Positions 23,234-34,940 of a stretch of 64,000 bases of DNA are shown piece after piece. The position numbers and the translations under genes are program-made. This DNA comes from an uncultured Gammaproteobacteria bacterium (GTDB lineage Bacteria; Pseudomonadota; Gammaproteobacteria; Methylococcales; Methylomonadaceae). The stretch covers positions 455,556-519,555 of the forward strand of contig CAWFEF010000004.1 in assembly GCA_963814825.1 (NCBI GenBank), read 5' to 3'. The notes under the pieces are model-generated. The model did no database searches, was not told the DNA's origin, and saw nothing but the letters and a program-made list of their open reading frames with translations. Numbering within the stretch: the first letter of the stretch is position 1; each line of letters starts with the position of its first letter.

Positions 23234-23734
23234 TTATAACGCCCAAATGTCAATTTTGACTGCGTTCTGCCAGTGTCCCGATTTGCCGCCGTCTTTTTCC
23301 AGTAATCGGACTGACTGGATAACCATGCCCCTGTCTACGGCTTTGCACATGTCGTAAATGGTGAGCAATGCAATCTGAGTGGCGTTTAGCGCTTCGATTT
23401 CTACGCCGGTTTGGCCGTTGGTTTTTACGGTGGTTTGGCAGCGTATCCGGTTGTTGTTGGTTTCTGCGTTCAGCTTGATTTCAACATGGGTTAGCGGCAA
23501 CGGATGGCAGAGCGGAATCAGGTCAGCGGTTTTTTTGCTGGCCATGATACCGGCTATTCTTGCTATGGCCAGCACGTCGCCTTTTTTGTGACCGCCGTCT
23601 ACGATCAGCTTGAGCGTTTCCGGCTGCATTTCAATATAGCCTTCGGTGACGGCAGTACGCTGGGTGATCGCCTTTTCGCCGACGTCGACCATGTGCGCTT
23701 CGCCGGATTGATTAAAGTGGGTTAATGCAGTCAT
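23234..23734 (-). CDS. moaC: Cyclic pyranopterin monophosphate synthase MoaC
   Basis: The motifs MVDVGEK...[28 protein letters not shown]...[11 protein letters not shown] are present. Confidence 0.85.
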   Translation of the reverse strand: MTALTHFNQSGEAHMVDVGEKAITQRTAVTEGYIEMQPETLKLIVDGGHKKGDVLAIARIAGIMASKKTADLIPLCHPLPLTHVEIKLNAETNNNRIRCQTTVKTNGQTGVEIEALNATQIALLTIYDMCKAVDRGMVIQSVRLLEKDGGKSGHWQNAVKIDIWAL

Positions 23735-23877
23735 TTTTCTGTAAAATTATCAGTGAAAAGAGGCAGGCGCATTGCATTATAACAACTGCCGGTTAATAAA
23801 ACTAAAAAGGCGATTAACCGGTTGCTCTTGCAATGCACCTCGTGCCTGCTTTATTTGTTGTGATTGGGTGAGTGACT

Positions 23878-24111
23878 ATGTCAATTAAGGTGCGTTATTT
23901 TGCCAGCTTGAAAGAAAGCATCGGCCGCTCGGAAGACAATCTGGAGTTTGCGGGCTTGTCCACCGTCGGCGATGTATGGCGCTGCGCCAATCCGAATAAA
24001 GCGCTGCCGGATAACATCTTGGCGGCGGTAAATATGGACTATGTTGAACTGAATAATGCGGTTAAGGATGGCGATGAAGTGGCTTTTTTTCCGCCTGTGA
24101 CCGGAGGCTGA
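23878..24111 (+). CDS. moaD: Molybdopterin synthase sulfur-carrier subunit MoaD
   Basis: The 78-aa product ends FFPPVTGG, and its stop overlaps the moaE start. Confidence 0.75.
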   Translation: MSIKVRYFASLKESIGRSEDNLEFAGLSTVGDVWRCANPNKALPDNILAAVNMDYVELNNAVKDGDEVAFFPPVTGG

Positions 24112-24113
24112 TC

Positions 24114-24560
24114 ATGGGCATAAAAATTTGTGCGGAGCCTTTCGATCCCTGGCAGGAAATTCAGGCGCACCAGCATTCGGCAAAGGGCATGGCCGGCAAG
24201 TTCGGTGCGACCAATGTTTTTATAGGCACGATGCGCGATTTCAATGAAGGCGATGATGTTAAGGGCATGACGCTGGAACATTATCCCGGCATGACCGAAA
24301 AGCAGCTGGAAAAAATCGTTGCCGAAGCGTTGCGGCAATGGCCGGTTATCGATGCGTTGGTGGTGCACCGGGTGGGGGATATTCTGCCTAATGAACCGAT
24401 CGTGCTGGTGGCGGTATGGACATCGCACCGCGGCGATGCGTTTGATGCGAGCCGATACATTATGGAAGCGTTAAAGACGAGAGCGCCTTTCTGGAAAAAG
24501 GAGCTGTTAAAATCCGAGGCCGAACGTTGGTTGGTAAAAAATACGGACGGTTATCTTTAG
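24114..24560 (+). CDS. moaE: Molybdopterin synthase catalytic subunit MoaE
   Basis: The MoaE-like blocks GATNVFIGTMRD and LVAVWTSHRGDAFDASRYIMEALKTRAPFWKKE are present. Confidence 0.85.
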   Translation: MGIKICAEPFDPWQEIQAHQHSAKGMAGKFGATNVFIGTMRDFNEGDDVKGMTLEHYPGMTEKQLEKIVAEALRQWPVIDALVVHRVGDILPNEPIVLVAVWTSHRGDAFDASRYIMEALKTRAPFWKKELLKSEAERWLVKNTDGYL

Positions 24561-24579
24561 CTTAAGCCGGTAGTTTTGT

Positions 24580-24654
24580 GTAGGGCGTGCCGTGCGCGCC
24601 TTTTTCGGCGGATGAATTGTTGAGCTATTCCTTGGCGCGCACGGCACGCCCTAC
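24580..24654. repeat. REP-like palindrome, family 1, copy A: GTAGGGCGTGCCGTGCGCGCC-33 nt-GGCGCGCACGGCACGCCCTAC
   Basis: The 21-bp arms are perfect and the element lies directly downstream of moaE. A second copy lies at 48780-48857. Confidence 0.6.
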
Positions 24655-24713
24655 TCATTGGTTGCGGTTATATTTAACCGGCCCGTTGTGATTATTTTTT
24701 AGGAAATACAAAA

Positions 24714-25541
24714 ATGCAGGGACCATTAAGAAAAATGCACGCCCGGCTGGATCTGGATAGATCAAAGCCGGTTCAGTACGAAATGCCGATAGGCAAGCAA
24801 TTGGTTGCGTTAAATCCGCTGCTCGGGAAATCGATCAAGCTGGTGTATGCCGGCAAAATCTTTTGCATCCACTGCAACAGGTCGATCAAGAAGAGCTTTA
24901 ATCAGGGCTATTGCTATCCCTGCTTCACCTCGCTGGCGCAATGCGACATGTGCATCATGAAGCCGGAAACTTGTCATTATGCGGCGGGCAGCTGCCGTGA
25001 GCCGTCATGGGGCGAGGAATTCTGCTTTCAGCCGCATGTGGTTTATCTGGCCAATTCCAGCAGTATCAAGGTCGGCATTACCCGGCAGGCGCAAATCCCG
25101 ACACGCTGGATAGACCAAGGTGCGGTGCAGGCATTGCCGATTTTTAGAGTACAGTCGCGCTATATTTCCGGCCTGGTCGAAATCGCCATTGCCAAACATG
25201 TCAGCGATAAAACCAGCTGGCAGCAAATGCTTAAGAATAAGGCCGAGCCTATCGATCTGGCTGCAAGGCGGAATGAGTTGATCACTGTCTGCAAAGCGGA
25301 TCTGGATGAAATTAGCCGGCGTTTTGGTCCGCAGGCGCTTGAGTTGTTAGCCGATGAACTGGTTGTGGATATTCATTTCCCGGTGGACAGCTACCCGGTC
25401 AAGGTCAAGTCGTTTAACCTTGATAAGGACGCCGAAGTCTCGGGGGTGCTGCACGGCATTAAAGGCCAGTATTTATTGCTGGACACCGGCGTCATTAATA
25501 TCCGCAAGTATGCCGGTTACGAGGTCGAATTTTCGGCATAG
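24714..25541 (+). CDS. Conserved hypothetical Cys-rich protein; possibly DUF2797 family (from memory, unverified)
   Basis: The 275-aa ORF carries several CxxC pairs (CIHCN...CYPCF...CDMCI...CHYAAGSC). Confidence 0.5.
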   Translation: MQGPLRKMHARLDLDRSKPVQYEMPIGKQLVALNPLLGKSIKLVYAGKIFCIHCNRSIKKSFNQGYCYPCFTSLAQCDMCIMKPETCHYAAGSCREPSWGEEFCFQPHVVYLANSSSIKVGITRQAQIPTRWIDQGAVQALPIFRVQSRYISGLVEIAIAKHVSDKTSWQQMLKNKAEPIDLAARRNELITVCKADLDEISRRFGPQALELLADELVVDIHFPVDSYPVKVKSFNLDKDAEVSGVLHGIKGQYLLLDTGVINIRKYAGYEVEFSA

Positions 25542-25553
25542 CGGCGGCTGTAT

Positions 25554-27572
25554 CTAAAGCAAAGGCACAATCAACAGCGCAACCGTATTGACTACTTTGA
25601 TAATGGTATTGATAGCGGGTCCTGCCGTGTCCTTGTAAGGATCGCCTACCGTGTCGCCGGTGATTGCGGCCTTATGTGCCGCAGAACCTTTGCCGCCGTA
25701 ATGGCCTGCTTCAATATATTTCTTGGCGTTATCCCAGGCGCCGCCGCCTGTGGTCATCGAAATGGCGATGAACAGGCCGGAGATAATAGAACCTATCAAC
25801 ACTCCACCCAAGGCGGTTTTGCCCAGCGTGAACCCGACGATGACCGGGATGAAAACCGGCAGCAGCGACGGAACCACCATTTTCCTGATCGCGGAAATCG
25901 TCAAAATATCGATAGCCTTTGCATAGTCCGGTTTAGCGGTGTAAGTCATAATGCCGGGAATCTCCTTAAACTGGCGGCGGACTTCATTAACAATATCGCC
26001 GGCGGCCTCGCCTACCGCTTCCATTGCAAATGCGCTGGACAGGTAGGGAATCAGCGCACCGAGCAACAGGCCGATAACGACCCGAATATCGGATAGATCA
26101 CAAACCAGTCCGCCCAGGTTGCTGGTGTAATCGGAAAAAAGCGCGAGTGCAGCCAGCCCGGCCGCCCCCATTGCAAAACTTTTTGTGACTGCCTTGGTAG
26201 TGTTGCCTACGGCATCGAGAGGGTCGGTGATCTTGCGGATGCCTTCCGGCATTTTTGCCATTTCCGCTATGCCGCCAGCATTGTCGGTAATCGGGCCATA
26301 AGCATCGATAGCGACGATCATCCCGGTTAATGACAGCATACCGGTTGCGGCTACGCCGATGCCAAATAGTCCAGCCAATTGGTGGGTTGCCCACATAGCG
26401 GCACAAATCAAAATAACTGGTGCGGCGGTGGATTTCAAGGACAAACTTAATCCGGCAATAACATTAGTACCGTCACCTGCGGTCGATGCTTTGGCGATTT
26501 TCTGAACCGGCGCATAGGCGCTGGAGGTGTGATATTCGGTAATCAGCATTAAGGCGATCATCAGGCCCAAACCGATAGCGGCCGAATAAAACAGATGGAG
26601 CGAGGGAATGAGCCTGCCGCCGATTATTAGCGCATCGCCCATCAGTAGGCGGGTGGCCGGATAAAACAGCAATAACGACAGCACCGTGGCAATAATAACG
26701 CCTCTGTATAAGGCCAACATGACGTTTCCATTCTCGGCCACCCTGACGAAGAAAATGCTGATCATGGAGATAAGGATCGATATGCCGCCCAGAACCAGAG
26801 GATAGGCAATGGCATTTTCATTACCGTCGATGATCAGCAGATCGGCCAGCAACATAGTGGCGATCAGGGTTACCGCATAGGATTCAAACAGGTCAGCTGC
26901 CATGCCTGCGCAATCGCCGACGTTATCGCCGACGTTATCCGCGATAACGGCCGGATTTCTCGGGTCATCTTCAGGGATGCCCGCCTCGATTTTACCGACC
27001 AGATCAGCTCCCACGTCGGCGCCTTTGGTAAAGATGCCTCCGCCGAGGCGGGCAAACATGGCGATTAACGATGCGCCGAAAGCCACGCCGAGCATGGCAT
27101 ACAAAGGCTGGTTTACGTCCAGCCACAGTAAAACGCTGTAGTAGCCGCCCGCTGCCAACAGGCCCAGGCCCACCACGGACATGCCGGTAATGGAGCCGCC
27201 TCTGATCGCAATCAGAAAAGCATGATGGGAGCCTGAATAAGCCGCTTGAGCGGTGCGGACATTGGCGCGGACCGAGCTGTGCATGCCGACAAAACCGGCT
27301 AGCGCCGAGCACAGCGCGCCTAAGGCAAAACCACCGGCGGTAGTCCAGTTTAATAAGAAGCCGACCAGCAATAACAGCGCAGTACCCGCCCAAGCTATAA
27401 CTTTGTACTGTCTGGTCAGATAAGCCTCGGCTCCCTGCTGGATAGCCAGAGCGATAGCCTGCATTTGTTCATTGCCTGACGGCTGTTGTTTAATCCACTT
27501 GAGTAATATCAGACTATATAAAATGGCGGCGATAGCGGTAAGTAGCGCAAAAAGCAAGCACCATTGCGCCAT
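25554..27572 (-). CDS. hppA: Membrane-bound proton- or sodium-translocating pyrophosphatase
   Basis: The roughly 670-aa polytopic product carries the diagnostic pyrophosphatase motifs [56 protein letters not shown] and [20 protein letters not shown]. Confidence 0.85.
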   Translation of the reverse strand: MAQWCLLFALLTAIAAILYSLILLKWIKQQPSGNEQMQAIALAIQQGAEAYLTRQYKVIAWAGTALLLLVGFLLNWTTAGGFALGALCSALAGFVGMHSSVRANVRTAQAAYSGSHHAFLIAIRGGSITGMSVVGLGLLAAGGYYSVLLWLDVNQPLYAMLGVAFGASLIAMFARLGGGIFTKGADVGADLVGKIEAGIPEDDPRNPAVIADNVGDNVGDCAGMAADLFESYAVTLIATMLLADLLIIDGNENAIAYPLVLGGISILISMISIFFVRVAENGNVMLALYRGVIIATVLSLLLFYPATRLLMGDALIIGGRLIPSLHLFYSAAIGLGLMIALMLITEYHTSSAYAPVQKIAKASTAGDGTNVIAGLSLSLKSTAAPVILICAAMWATHQLAGLFGIGVAATGMLSLTGMIVAIDAYGPITDNAGGIAEMAKMPEGIRKITDPLDAVGNTTKAVTKSFAMGAAGLAALALFSDYTSNLGGLVCDLSDIRVVIGLLLGALIPYLSSAFAMEAVGEAAGDIVNEVRRQFKEIPGIMTYTAKPDYAKAIDILTISAIRKMVVPSLLPVFIPVIVGFTLGKTALGGVLIGSIISGLFIAISMTTGGGAWDNAKKYIEAGHYGGKGSAAHKAAITGDTVGDPYKDTAGPAINTIIKVVNTVALLIVPLL

Positions 27573-27957
27573 GGATAGCGTGGTGTAAGAGGTAATAAAC
27601 ATAGTCGCTCCTTAGTCGTAAGATGGGCTAAACACCAACAGTAGGCGTTTTAGGCAGCATGCCGCCCATCAATCGGGAACGATGAGCAGGTAATGCCTTT
27701 TCAACGATATTTTTATTATTCCATTAGCGACGAACAATAATTGATTGTTATCGGTCAAGCAACAATTAAAAAGGATAAGAGATGCGAGTGCAATCCCAGC
27801 AAAAACCTAGTAAAATGGCCGACATATGTCGCTTTAAAACAGCGGCTGCCAACAGCGGTTTATCTGATGTCCTGAAAAAAACAAACCGGGTATTTGGGTT
27901 TGAATTTTTAAAAACGCAGTTAATCGGCTTAATTCGAAAGTTTATTTGAGGTATTAG

Positions 27958-29697
27958 CGTGGAGCTAAACGGCGCACAAATTGTAATTCAGAGTCTCAAG
28001 GACGAAGGCGTAGAATATATTTTTGGCTATCCCGGCGGGGCGGTGTTGCATTTATACGATGCCATTTATCCAGCAGGATGATGTCAAGCACATCCTGGTT
28101 CGGCATGAACAGGGCGCCACGCATGCTGCGGATGGCTATGCCCGTGCGACTGGTAAGCCGGGCGTAGTTCTGGTCACTTCGGGACCGGGCGCTACCAATG
28201 CAGTCACCGGCATCGCCACCGCTTATATGGATTCAATCCCGATGGTGGTTATTTCCGGCCAAGTACCGTTGCCGGTCATCGGTAGCGATGCGTTCCAGGA
28301 AGTCGACATGGTCGGCATTACCCGTCCCTGCGTGAAGCATAACTTTTCTGGTTAAAGACATAACCAAACTGGCCGAGACCATCAAAAAAGCGTTTTATGT
28401 CGCTACCACCGGCCGTCCCGGCCCTGTTGTTGTGGATATACCCAAAGATATAACTGATCCCAGAATAAAAGTACCTTATAAATACCCTAAAAAAGTCACC
28501 ATCCGTTCTTATAATCCTGCGGTTACCGGGCATAAAGGGCAGATTAAAAAAGCCGTGGATTTATTATTGACCGCGCAAAAGCCGATCATTTATTCCGGCG
28601 GCGGCGTGGTTTTGGGTGAAGCCAGCCAGGAACTGACCGAATTCGCTCAATTGCTGGACTTTCCGGTTACCAATACCTTGATGGGTTTGGGCGCTTATCC
28701 TGCAACCGACAAGCAGTTCGTCGGCATGCTCGGGATGCACGGCACTTATGAAGCCAACATGGCGATGCATGACAGCGATGTGATTATTGCGATCGGCGCG
28801 CGTTTTGATGACCGCGTCACCGGCAAGCTGGACGAGTTTTGCCCGCATGCGCAAATCATCCATATCGATGTGGATCCTGCGTCTATTTCCAAGACTGTTA
28901 AAGTCGCGATCCCTATCGTCGGCGAAGTCAAACCGGTATTGGAGCAAATGATGGAAATGATCAGGGAAAGCAAAAAGAAACCGTCCAAGAAAGCGTTGGA
29001 AAACTGGTGGAAGCAGATCGACCAATGGCGGGCCGTCAAATGTATGGAATATGACCGCAACAGCCGCTTGATCAAACCGCAATACGTGATTGAACAGTTG
29101 TACGAAGTCACCAAAGGCGAGGCGTATATCACCTCGGATGTCGGTCAGCATCAAATGTGGGCGGCCCAGTATTATCCGTTCGACAAGCCGCGGCATTGGA
29201 TTAATTCCGGCGGTTTGGGCACGATGGGCTTTGGCTTGCCTGCGGCTATCGGCGTTAAACTGGCGTTTCCCGATTCCGAAGTCGCCTGCGTGACCGGCGA
29301 CGGCAGCATCCAGATGTGCATTCAGGAATTATCGACCGCGCTGCAATACAATGCGCCGGTAAAAATCATCAACCTGAACAACAGCTATTTGGGCATGGTT
29401 CGCCAATGGCAGGAATTTACCTACGAAAGTCGTTACTCGCATTCGTACATGGACACCATCCCGGACTTCGTCAAGCTGGCTGAGGCCTATGGCCATGTCG
29501 GCATGCGTATCGATAAGCCCGAAGAAGTCAGACCGGCGCTGGAAGAAGCGTTTGCGATGAAAGACCGCACGGTATTCTTGGACATCCTGACCGACCGAAC
29601 CGAAAATGTTTACCCGATGATTGAAGCGGGCAAAGCCCATAACGACATGACCTTAAGAGTTGCGGAAGGCACATCAACCGACAGGGAATTGGCGTAA
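27958..29697 (+). CDS. ilvB: Acetolactate synthase large subunit (about 580 aa) carrying two frameshifts, near 28078 and near 28345
   Basis: The sequence [35 protein letters not shown], then [56 protein letters not shown], and the rest of the ThDP/FAD enzyme lie in three different frames. The first shift is consistent with an extra C in TATCCAGCAG. Confidence 0.75.
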
Positions 29698-30189
29698 TGA
29701 GACATATTATTTCTATCCTGATTGAAAACGAATCCGGTGCGTTATCGCGGGTGGCAGGCTTGTTTTCCGCGCGCGGCTACAATATCGAGTCGTTGACCGT
29801 TGCGCCGACTGAAGACCCTAGCCTGTCGAGAATGACCCTGGTCACTCGCGGCAGCGACGACATTATCGAGCAAATCACCAAGCAGCTGAATAAACTGATT
29901 GATGTGGTCAAGCTGATAGACTTGGCCGAATCCGATCATATTGAACGGGAACTGATGATGGTCAAGGTCAAGACCACCGAACAGATCGCGCGAAGAAATC
30001 AGAGGCATGGCGGATATATTTCGCGGCAAGATTATCGATGTGACGCCGACCACTTATGTCGTGGAAATGACCGGCCCCTCCAGCAAACTGGATGCGTTTA
30101 TCGCCGCTATCGATGGCGATACCATTATTGAAGTCGTTCGCTCCGGGCCGACAGGCATTTCAAGAGGCGAAAAAGGGCTGCATTTGTAA
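29697..30189 (+). CDS. ilvH: Acetolactate synthase small (ACT-domain) subunit carrying one frameshift near 29990
   Basis: The N-terminus reads [35 protein letters not shown]. Removing one A from CGAAGAAATC restores ...[17 protein letters not shown].... Confidence 0.75.
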
Positions 30190-30298
30190 CAGAGCCTATA
30201 GGATGGGCTGACGAAGGAAGCCCATCTCCGTGATTGATGCGCTTCGTTCCTCAGCATATCCTACGGTTCCACGATTTGATAACCAACCAATACTTTAA

Positions 30299-31336
<1,038 letters not shown>

Positions 31337-31354
31337 TCTAAATTGGTTTAAGTG

Positions 31355-31392
31355 TTTAAAAAAGCCCGTCTTTATGACGGGCTTTTTTTGCT
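31355..31392 (+). terminator. Rho-independent terminator; an almost identical module recurs at 38495-38532
   Basis: The hairpin AAAAGCCCGTCtttatGACGGGCTTTTTTT is preceded by GTTTAAGTGTTTAAA. Confidence 0.7.
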
Positions 31393-31421
31393 ATGCCCGC
31401 AATGCACGAAGTCTCGGAAAG

Positions 31422-32582
31422 CTACTTGCACCGCTCAGTCAAACGCACCATGTCATTCATCACGCCATCCAAGCCGCCGTAAACGTTCAGCGTATTGATA
31501 CGGCCGGTGATTTTTTCCAATATCTCCAACTCTTTCAAGCGCAATAACACGGGGTTGCCTTCCATGACTTTGGCGGTGTTATGCAAAGACCGCGTTGCTT
31601 GGGTTTCTTCCTGACGCTTAATTAAATTCGCTTCGGCAAGTTTTTGCGCCTCAACCACTTGGGTCAGAATCGCTTTCATTTCACCGGGCAAGACAATATC
31701 TCGCGCTCCGACGGTTTTTACTTCAATGCCGTAAACAGCTGCTTTTTCGGCAATGATCGTTAACACCTGTGTGTTCAATGAGTTTTTATCGGCTAACAAC
31801 TCATCCAACGTTTGCGTGCTGACAACCGTCCGCAACGCCAATTGCAATTCGCGGTACAAATAATCCTTGGCATCGGCCAGCTCGGCTTTAACCACTTCAG
31901 CTTGTTTAATCTGCCAGGTTGACGACAAATTCACCCGCAAACTCACGCGGTCTTTGGTCAAAATTTCCTGACCGTTGACTTCCATGTTTTGCAAACGGCC
32001 ATCGAATAACGTCACGGCGATATTGCGATTAAACCGCCACCAAACATGCGTTCCTGACGTTAATGTTGCGACCGTTTCCCCGTCCACCATCAAGAATCCC
32101 AAATGATTTTCCGGCACTGTCGCTACGACTATCGCTCTCAAAGCGGCACACCGCAACATGTCGTCTTTGGCATTCGCCAACAACGCCGCCAATTTTTTGG
32201 GTACGGTAAAGTCCTGGCTGATGTCCAGCTTATCTATATGTATCTCTTGCTGAGTTTTCCAATAAGCGCCGCGTTGTCCGGGGGCTTTAATGTCTTTTAG
32301 AACATTTTTTTGATAAACCAGGCCGACTTCCTGCTCGCCGGTTTCCCATTGCGTCATCACCTCGGCAAACGCATCCGGATGTAATTGCGCCAAGTGCAGC
32401 AGGTCTTTATCAATCTCTTCCTGCAAAGTGTTGGTCAGCGTGACTACCTGAACTTGGTATTGATCGAACCAATCCCAAAATCTATAGACACCGGCGGGCA
32501 AAATTTTTAGAAATTGCCGCTCTTTAAACAACAAACCTTTTTGCGTTTCCGCGATTATTATTTTTTTGATTAAACGCATTGC
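31422..32582 (-). CDS. SPFH/band-7 domain protein (stomatin- or flotillin-like)
   Basis: A central SPFH-like region (TKDRVSLRVNLSSTWQIK...VGARDIVLPGEMKAILTQVVEAQKLAEANLIKRQEE) is present. The start is taken as MRLIKKIIIAE. Confidence 0.6.
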   Translation of the reverse strand, partial: AMRLIKKIIIAETQKGLLFKERQFLKILPAGVYRFWDWFDQYQVQVVTLTNTLQEEIDKDLLHLAQLHPDAFAEVMTQWETGEQEVGLVYQKNVLKDIKAPGQRGAYWKTQQEIHIDKLDISQDFTVPKKLAALLANAKDDMLRCAALRAIVVATVPENHLGFLMVDGETVATLTSGTHVWWRFNRNIAVTLFDGRLQNMEVNGQEILTKDRVSLRVNLSSTWQIKQAEVVKAELADAKDYLYRELQLALRTVVSTQTLDELLADKNSLNTQVLTIIAEKAAVYGIEVKTVGARDIVLPGEMKAILTQVVEAQKLAEANLIKRQEETQATRSLHNTAKVMEGNPVLLRLKELEILEKITGRINTLNVYGGLDGVMNDMVRLTERCK

Positions 32583-32838
32583 TGTCTCCTTAAAATAAAG
32601 TGATAAAGCCTCCGCACAGCCACCGGCTCCAAGCCTTATGGCGAGCGGGCAAACCCTCGCTTGCTGTTTGCGCACCCGTCAGACCCAGCCCAAAGGCGGT
32701 GTTTGTGCTGATGTCCGGTGACCGTGACGTGACGCCAGATAAACCGCATCTGACTACACGCAACCGCCGCCTTCAATCGGGAGGCCCTATCTGATGCCCT
32801 TTCGGGCTTTGCTTTTTCAAGCTACCTTGGAAGGGTAG

Positions 32839-32911
32839 TTTCACTAGCCGGATTCGAACCGGCTACAGCCTGATTACAAATCAGTTGCTCTACCTGGATG
32901 AGCTATAGTGA
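32839..32911 (-). tRNA. tRNA, probably Thr (anticodon TGT read from the loop TTTGTAA)
   Basis: The minus-strand cloverleaf shows a D-arm GCTC...GAGC and a T-arm GCCGG-TTCGAAT-CCGGC with a 7-bp acceptor stem. Pairs 1-72 and 27-43 are non-Watson-Crick. Confidence 0.5.
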
Positions 32912-32987
32912 TGGAGCTGCCAGTTGGATTCGAACCAACGACCTACCGAGTATTCTCGGTAGCTCTACCTGACTGAGCTATGGCAGC
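32912..32987 (-). tRNA. tRNA-like gene with encoded CCA and an anomalous 6-nt anticodon loop; isotype undetermined
   Basis: The acceptor stem GCTGCCA/TGGCAGC, the D-arm and the T-arm (GTTGG-TTCGAAT-CCAAC) are canonical. The anticodon arm is ACCGA-GAATAC-TCGGT, which may reflect an indel error or a pseudo-tRNA. Confidence 0.4.
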
Positions 32988-33176
32988 GTTATTTGACACC
33001 GTCTCAACACCGATACGCAGATGCCTATCAGGTTTGCGTCAGTCAGGCGTTTTGAACCTGAACCGCTGGTGTTGTTGGTATGTCAAATTCTTGCTGGCGT
33101 TACCTATGCTTTGCGGCAACGCCGAATATATTTATCCTAGAAATCAGTTGGAACATATGAAATCCGTTCGTACTGA

Positions 33177-33275
33177 GCCCTCTCCAGAGGGGAGAGGGTT
33201 GGGTGAGGGGAATCAAAATAAGGAAAAGGCTTATTTAAATCCCCTCATCCCAACCTTCTCCCTGAGGGAGAAGGA
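33177..33275. repeat. Composite palindromic element, family 5: CTCTCCAGAGGGGAGAGGGTTGGGTGAGGGGA ... TCCCCTCATCCCAACCTTCTCCCTGAGGGAGAAGGA
   Basis: The two arms are nearly reverse-complementary, and a single-arm copy lies at 38435-38474. Confidence 0.5.
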
Positions 33276-33353
33276 GCTCGCAATCTAAACCCTACCCCTT
33301 CGATAGGCTCAGAGCGAACGGGATTTTGGTGTGCTCAACTGCATGTTTTAGAT

Positions 33354-34578
33354 TTATCCCTTAACACAAACCACCTGTTTCAAGGTATGCACAATCTCAA
33401 CCAAATCCGCCTGCGCTGCCATCACCGCTTCAATAGGCTTGTAGGCGGAAGGCGTTTCGTCGATCACCTCTTCATCCTTACGGCATTCCACGCCTGCCGT
33501 GGCTTGAATATGCTCGGCCAAGGACACCAGCTTTTTCGCTTGGGTGCGCGACATAACCCGCCCTGCGCCGTGGCTGCAACTGCAAAAACTTTCTTCGTTG
33601 CCCAAACCGCGCACAATGAAGGATTTGGCGCCCATGCTGCCGGGAATAATCCCCATTTCACCCAGCTTGGCGCTGACCGCGCCTTTCCGGGTAACCAGCA
33701 CGTTTTTATCGTAATGATGCTCACGGCTGATATAGTTGTGATGACAGTTAACCGCTTCCAGCTCTGCGCTAAACGGTACCGGCAACATGTCCCGTATCGC
33801 GCTTAACACGTTGTTCATCATGATTACCCGGTTGGCAAGCGCAAAATCCTGCGCCCAGCTCACCGCTTCCAGATAGTTTTTAAAATGCTCGCTGCCTTCG
33901 GGAATGTAGGCCAAATCTTTATCGGGCAGATGGATAAACCAGCGTTCCATATCTTTTTTAGCCAGCTCGATAAAGTGCGTCCCGATCCGGTTGCCGACAC
34001 CGCGCGAACCGCTATGCAACATCACCCAAACTGCATCCGCCTCATCCAGGCAAATCTCGATAAAATGATTGCCTGTTCCTAACGTACCCAAATGGTTGAG
34101 GTTGTTGGTGTTTTTCAAGCACGGATGTTTTTGGCATAACCGTTCAAAGCCCTCATTTAACAGCAGCCAAGCCTGCACAACGTCTTCAGGCGGTTGGCCC
34201 CAGCTACCGGTATCGCGCACTTTAAAATTGGCAACGCGGCCATGCGGCACGCGTTTTTCAATCTCGTTGCGTAACGCGGTCAACGAATCGGGCAGTTGCG
34301 CGGCGGTTAAAGCTGGTTTTAGTCGCCATCATGCCGCAGCCCAAATCCACACCCACCGCAGCCGGAATCACCGCGCCGACGGTAGGAATGACGCTGCCGA
34401 TCGTCGCGCCTTTACCCAGATGGACATCGGGCATTACCGCGATCCATTTGTGAATAAACGGCAGCCCGGCGATATTCAGCAATTGTTGCTTGGAGTTTTC
34501 ATCAAAGCTTACGCCGCGTGTCCATGCCTTAACAGGATAGTGACCTTGTTCGTGTAAGACTTCGTAGGAGCTAGTCAT
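33354..34578 (-). CDS. rtcB: RNA-splicing ligase RtcB (408 aa) carrying one frameshift near 34270
   Basis: The motifs GMMATKTSF...HKWIAVMPDVHLGKGATIGSV...HSGSRGVGN...NCHHNY and the metal-binding histidines are present across two frames. Confidence 0.8.
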
Positions 34579-34620
34579 GATTGAGATTCCTTGAGTTTGT
34601 TTACTAACGATTTGTTTAGA

Positions 34621-34635
34621 GCAAGGCCTGTGCCA
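34621..34635 (-). promoter_or_regulatory. Sigma-54 promoter (-24 TGGCAC, N5, -12 TTGC) driving rtcB
   Basis: The plus strand reads GCAAGGCCTGTGCCA, which is TGGCACaggccTTGC on the minus strand, about 45 nt upstream of the rtcB start. It is divergent from the sigma-54 activator gene rtcR. Confidence 0.6.
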
Positions 34636-34723
34636 AATAGCATGTAATCGGCTGCGCCATCTTTAACCATGAGTTCCAAACACCTATCATTTTTAATGGG
34701 AATGCCCCAAAAACGTCATTCCG

Positions 34724-34826
34724 GCAGGGATTGCCGGAATCCAGAAGCCAGGGATGGTAAGGCTCAGATCACCTCCATGTGCCCTAGATACCGGCAGTCC
34801 ATGCCGGTATGACGTGCTATTTAAAC
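34724..34826. repeat. MITE-like element, copy 2 (internally shortened), lying in the rtcB-rtcR intergenic region
   Basis: It has the same terminal inverted repeats and internal blocks as the copy at 8225-8404. Confidence 0.5.
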
Positions 34827-34940
34827 AAAGTAATTACATGCGCTGTTGAACTTAAATTGCTCAGCTAGAGTAGATTTGCATCGCCCAAGAGGCTAAACTC
34901 CAGGTTAACTTTTTATCGATATAGATACCGGATTATCAAA

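Noticed and set aside
27782-27949. A 55-aa ORF upstream of ilvB as a possible branched-chain amino-acid attenuator leader peptide
   Set aside because: It contains no run of Val, Leu or Ile codons and no obvious terminator or antiterminator pair.
28564-29196. A 210-aa minus-strand ORF, and a 128-aa minus-strand ORF at 28746-29132
   Set aside because: Both are antisense to the conserved ilvB coding sequence.
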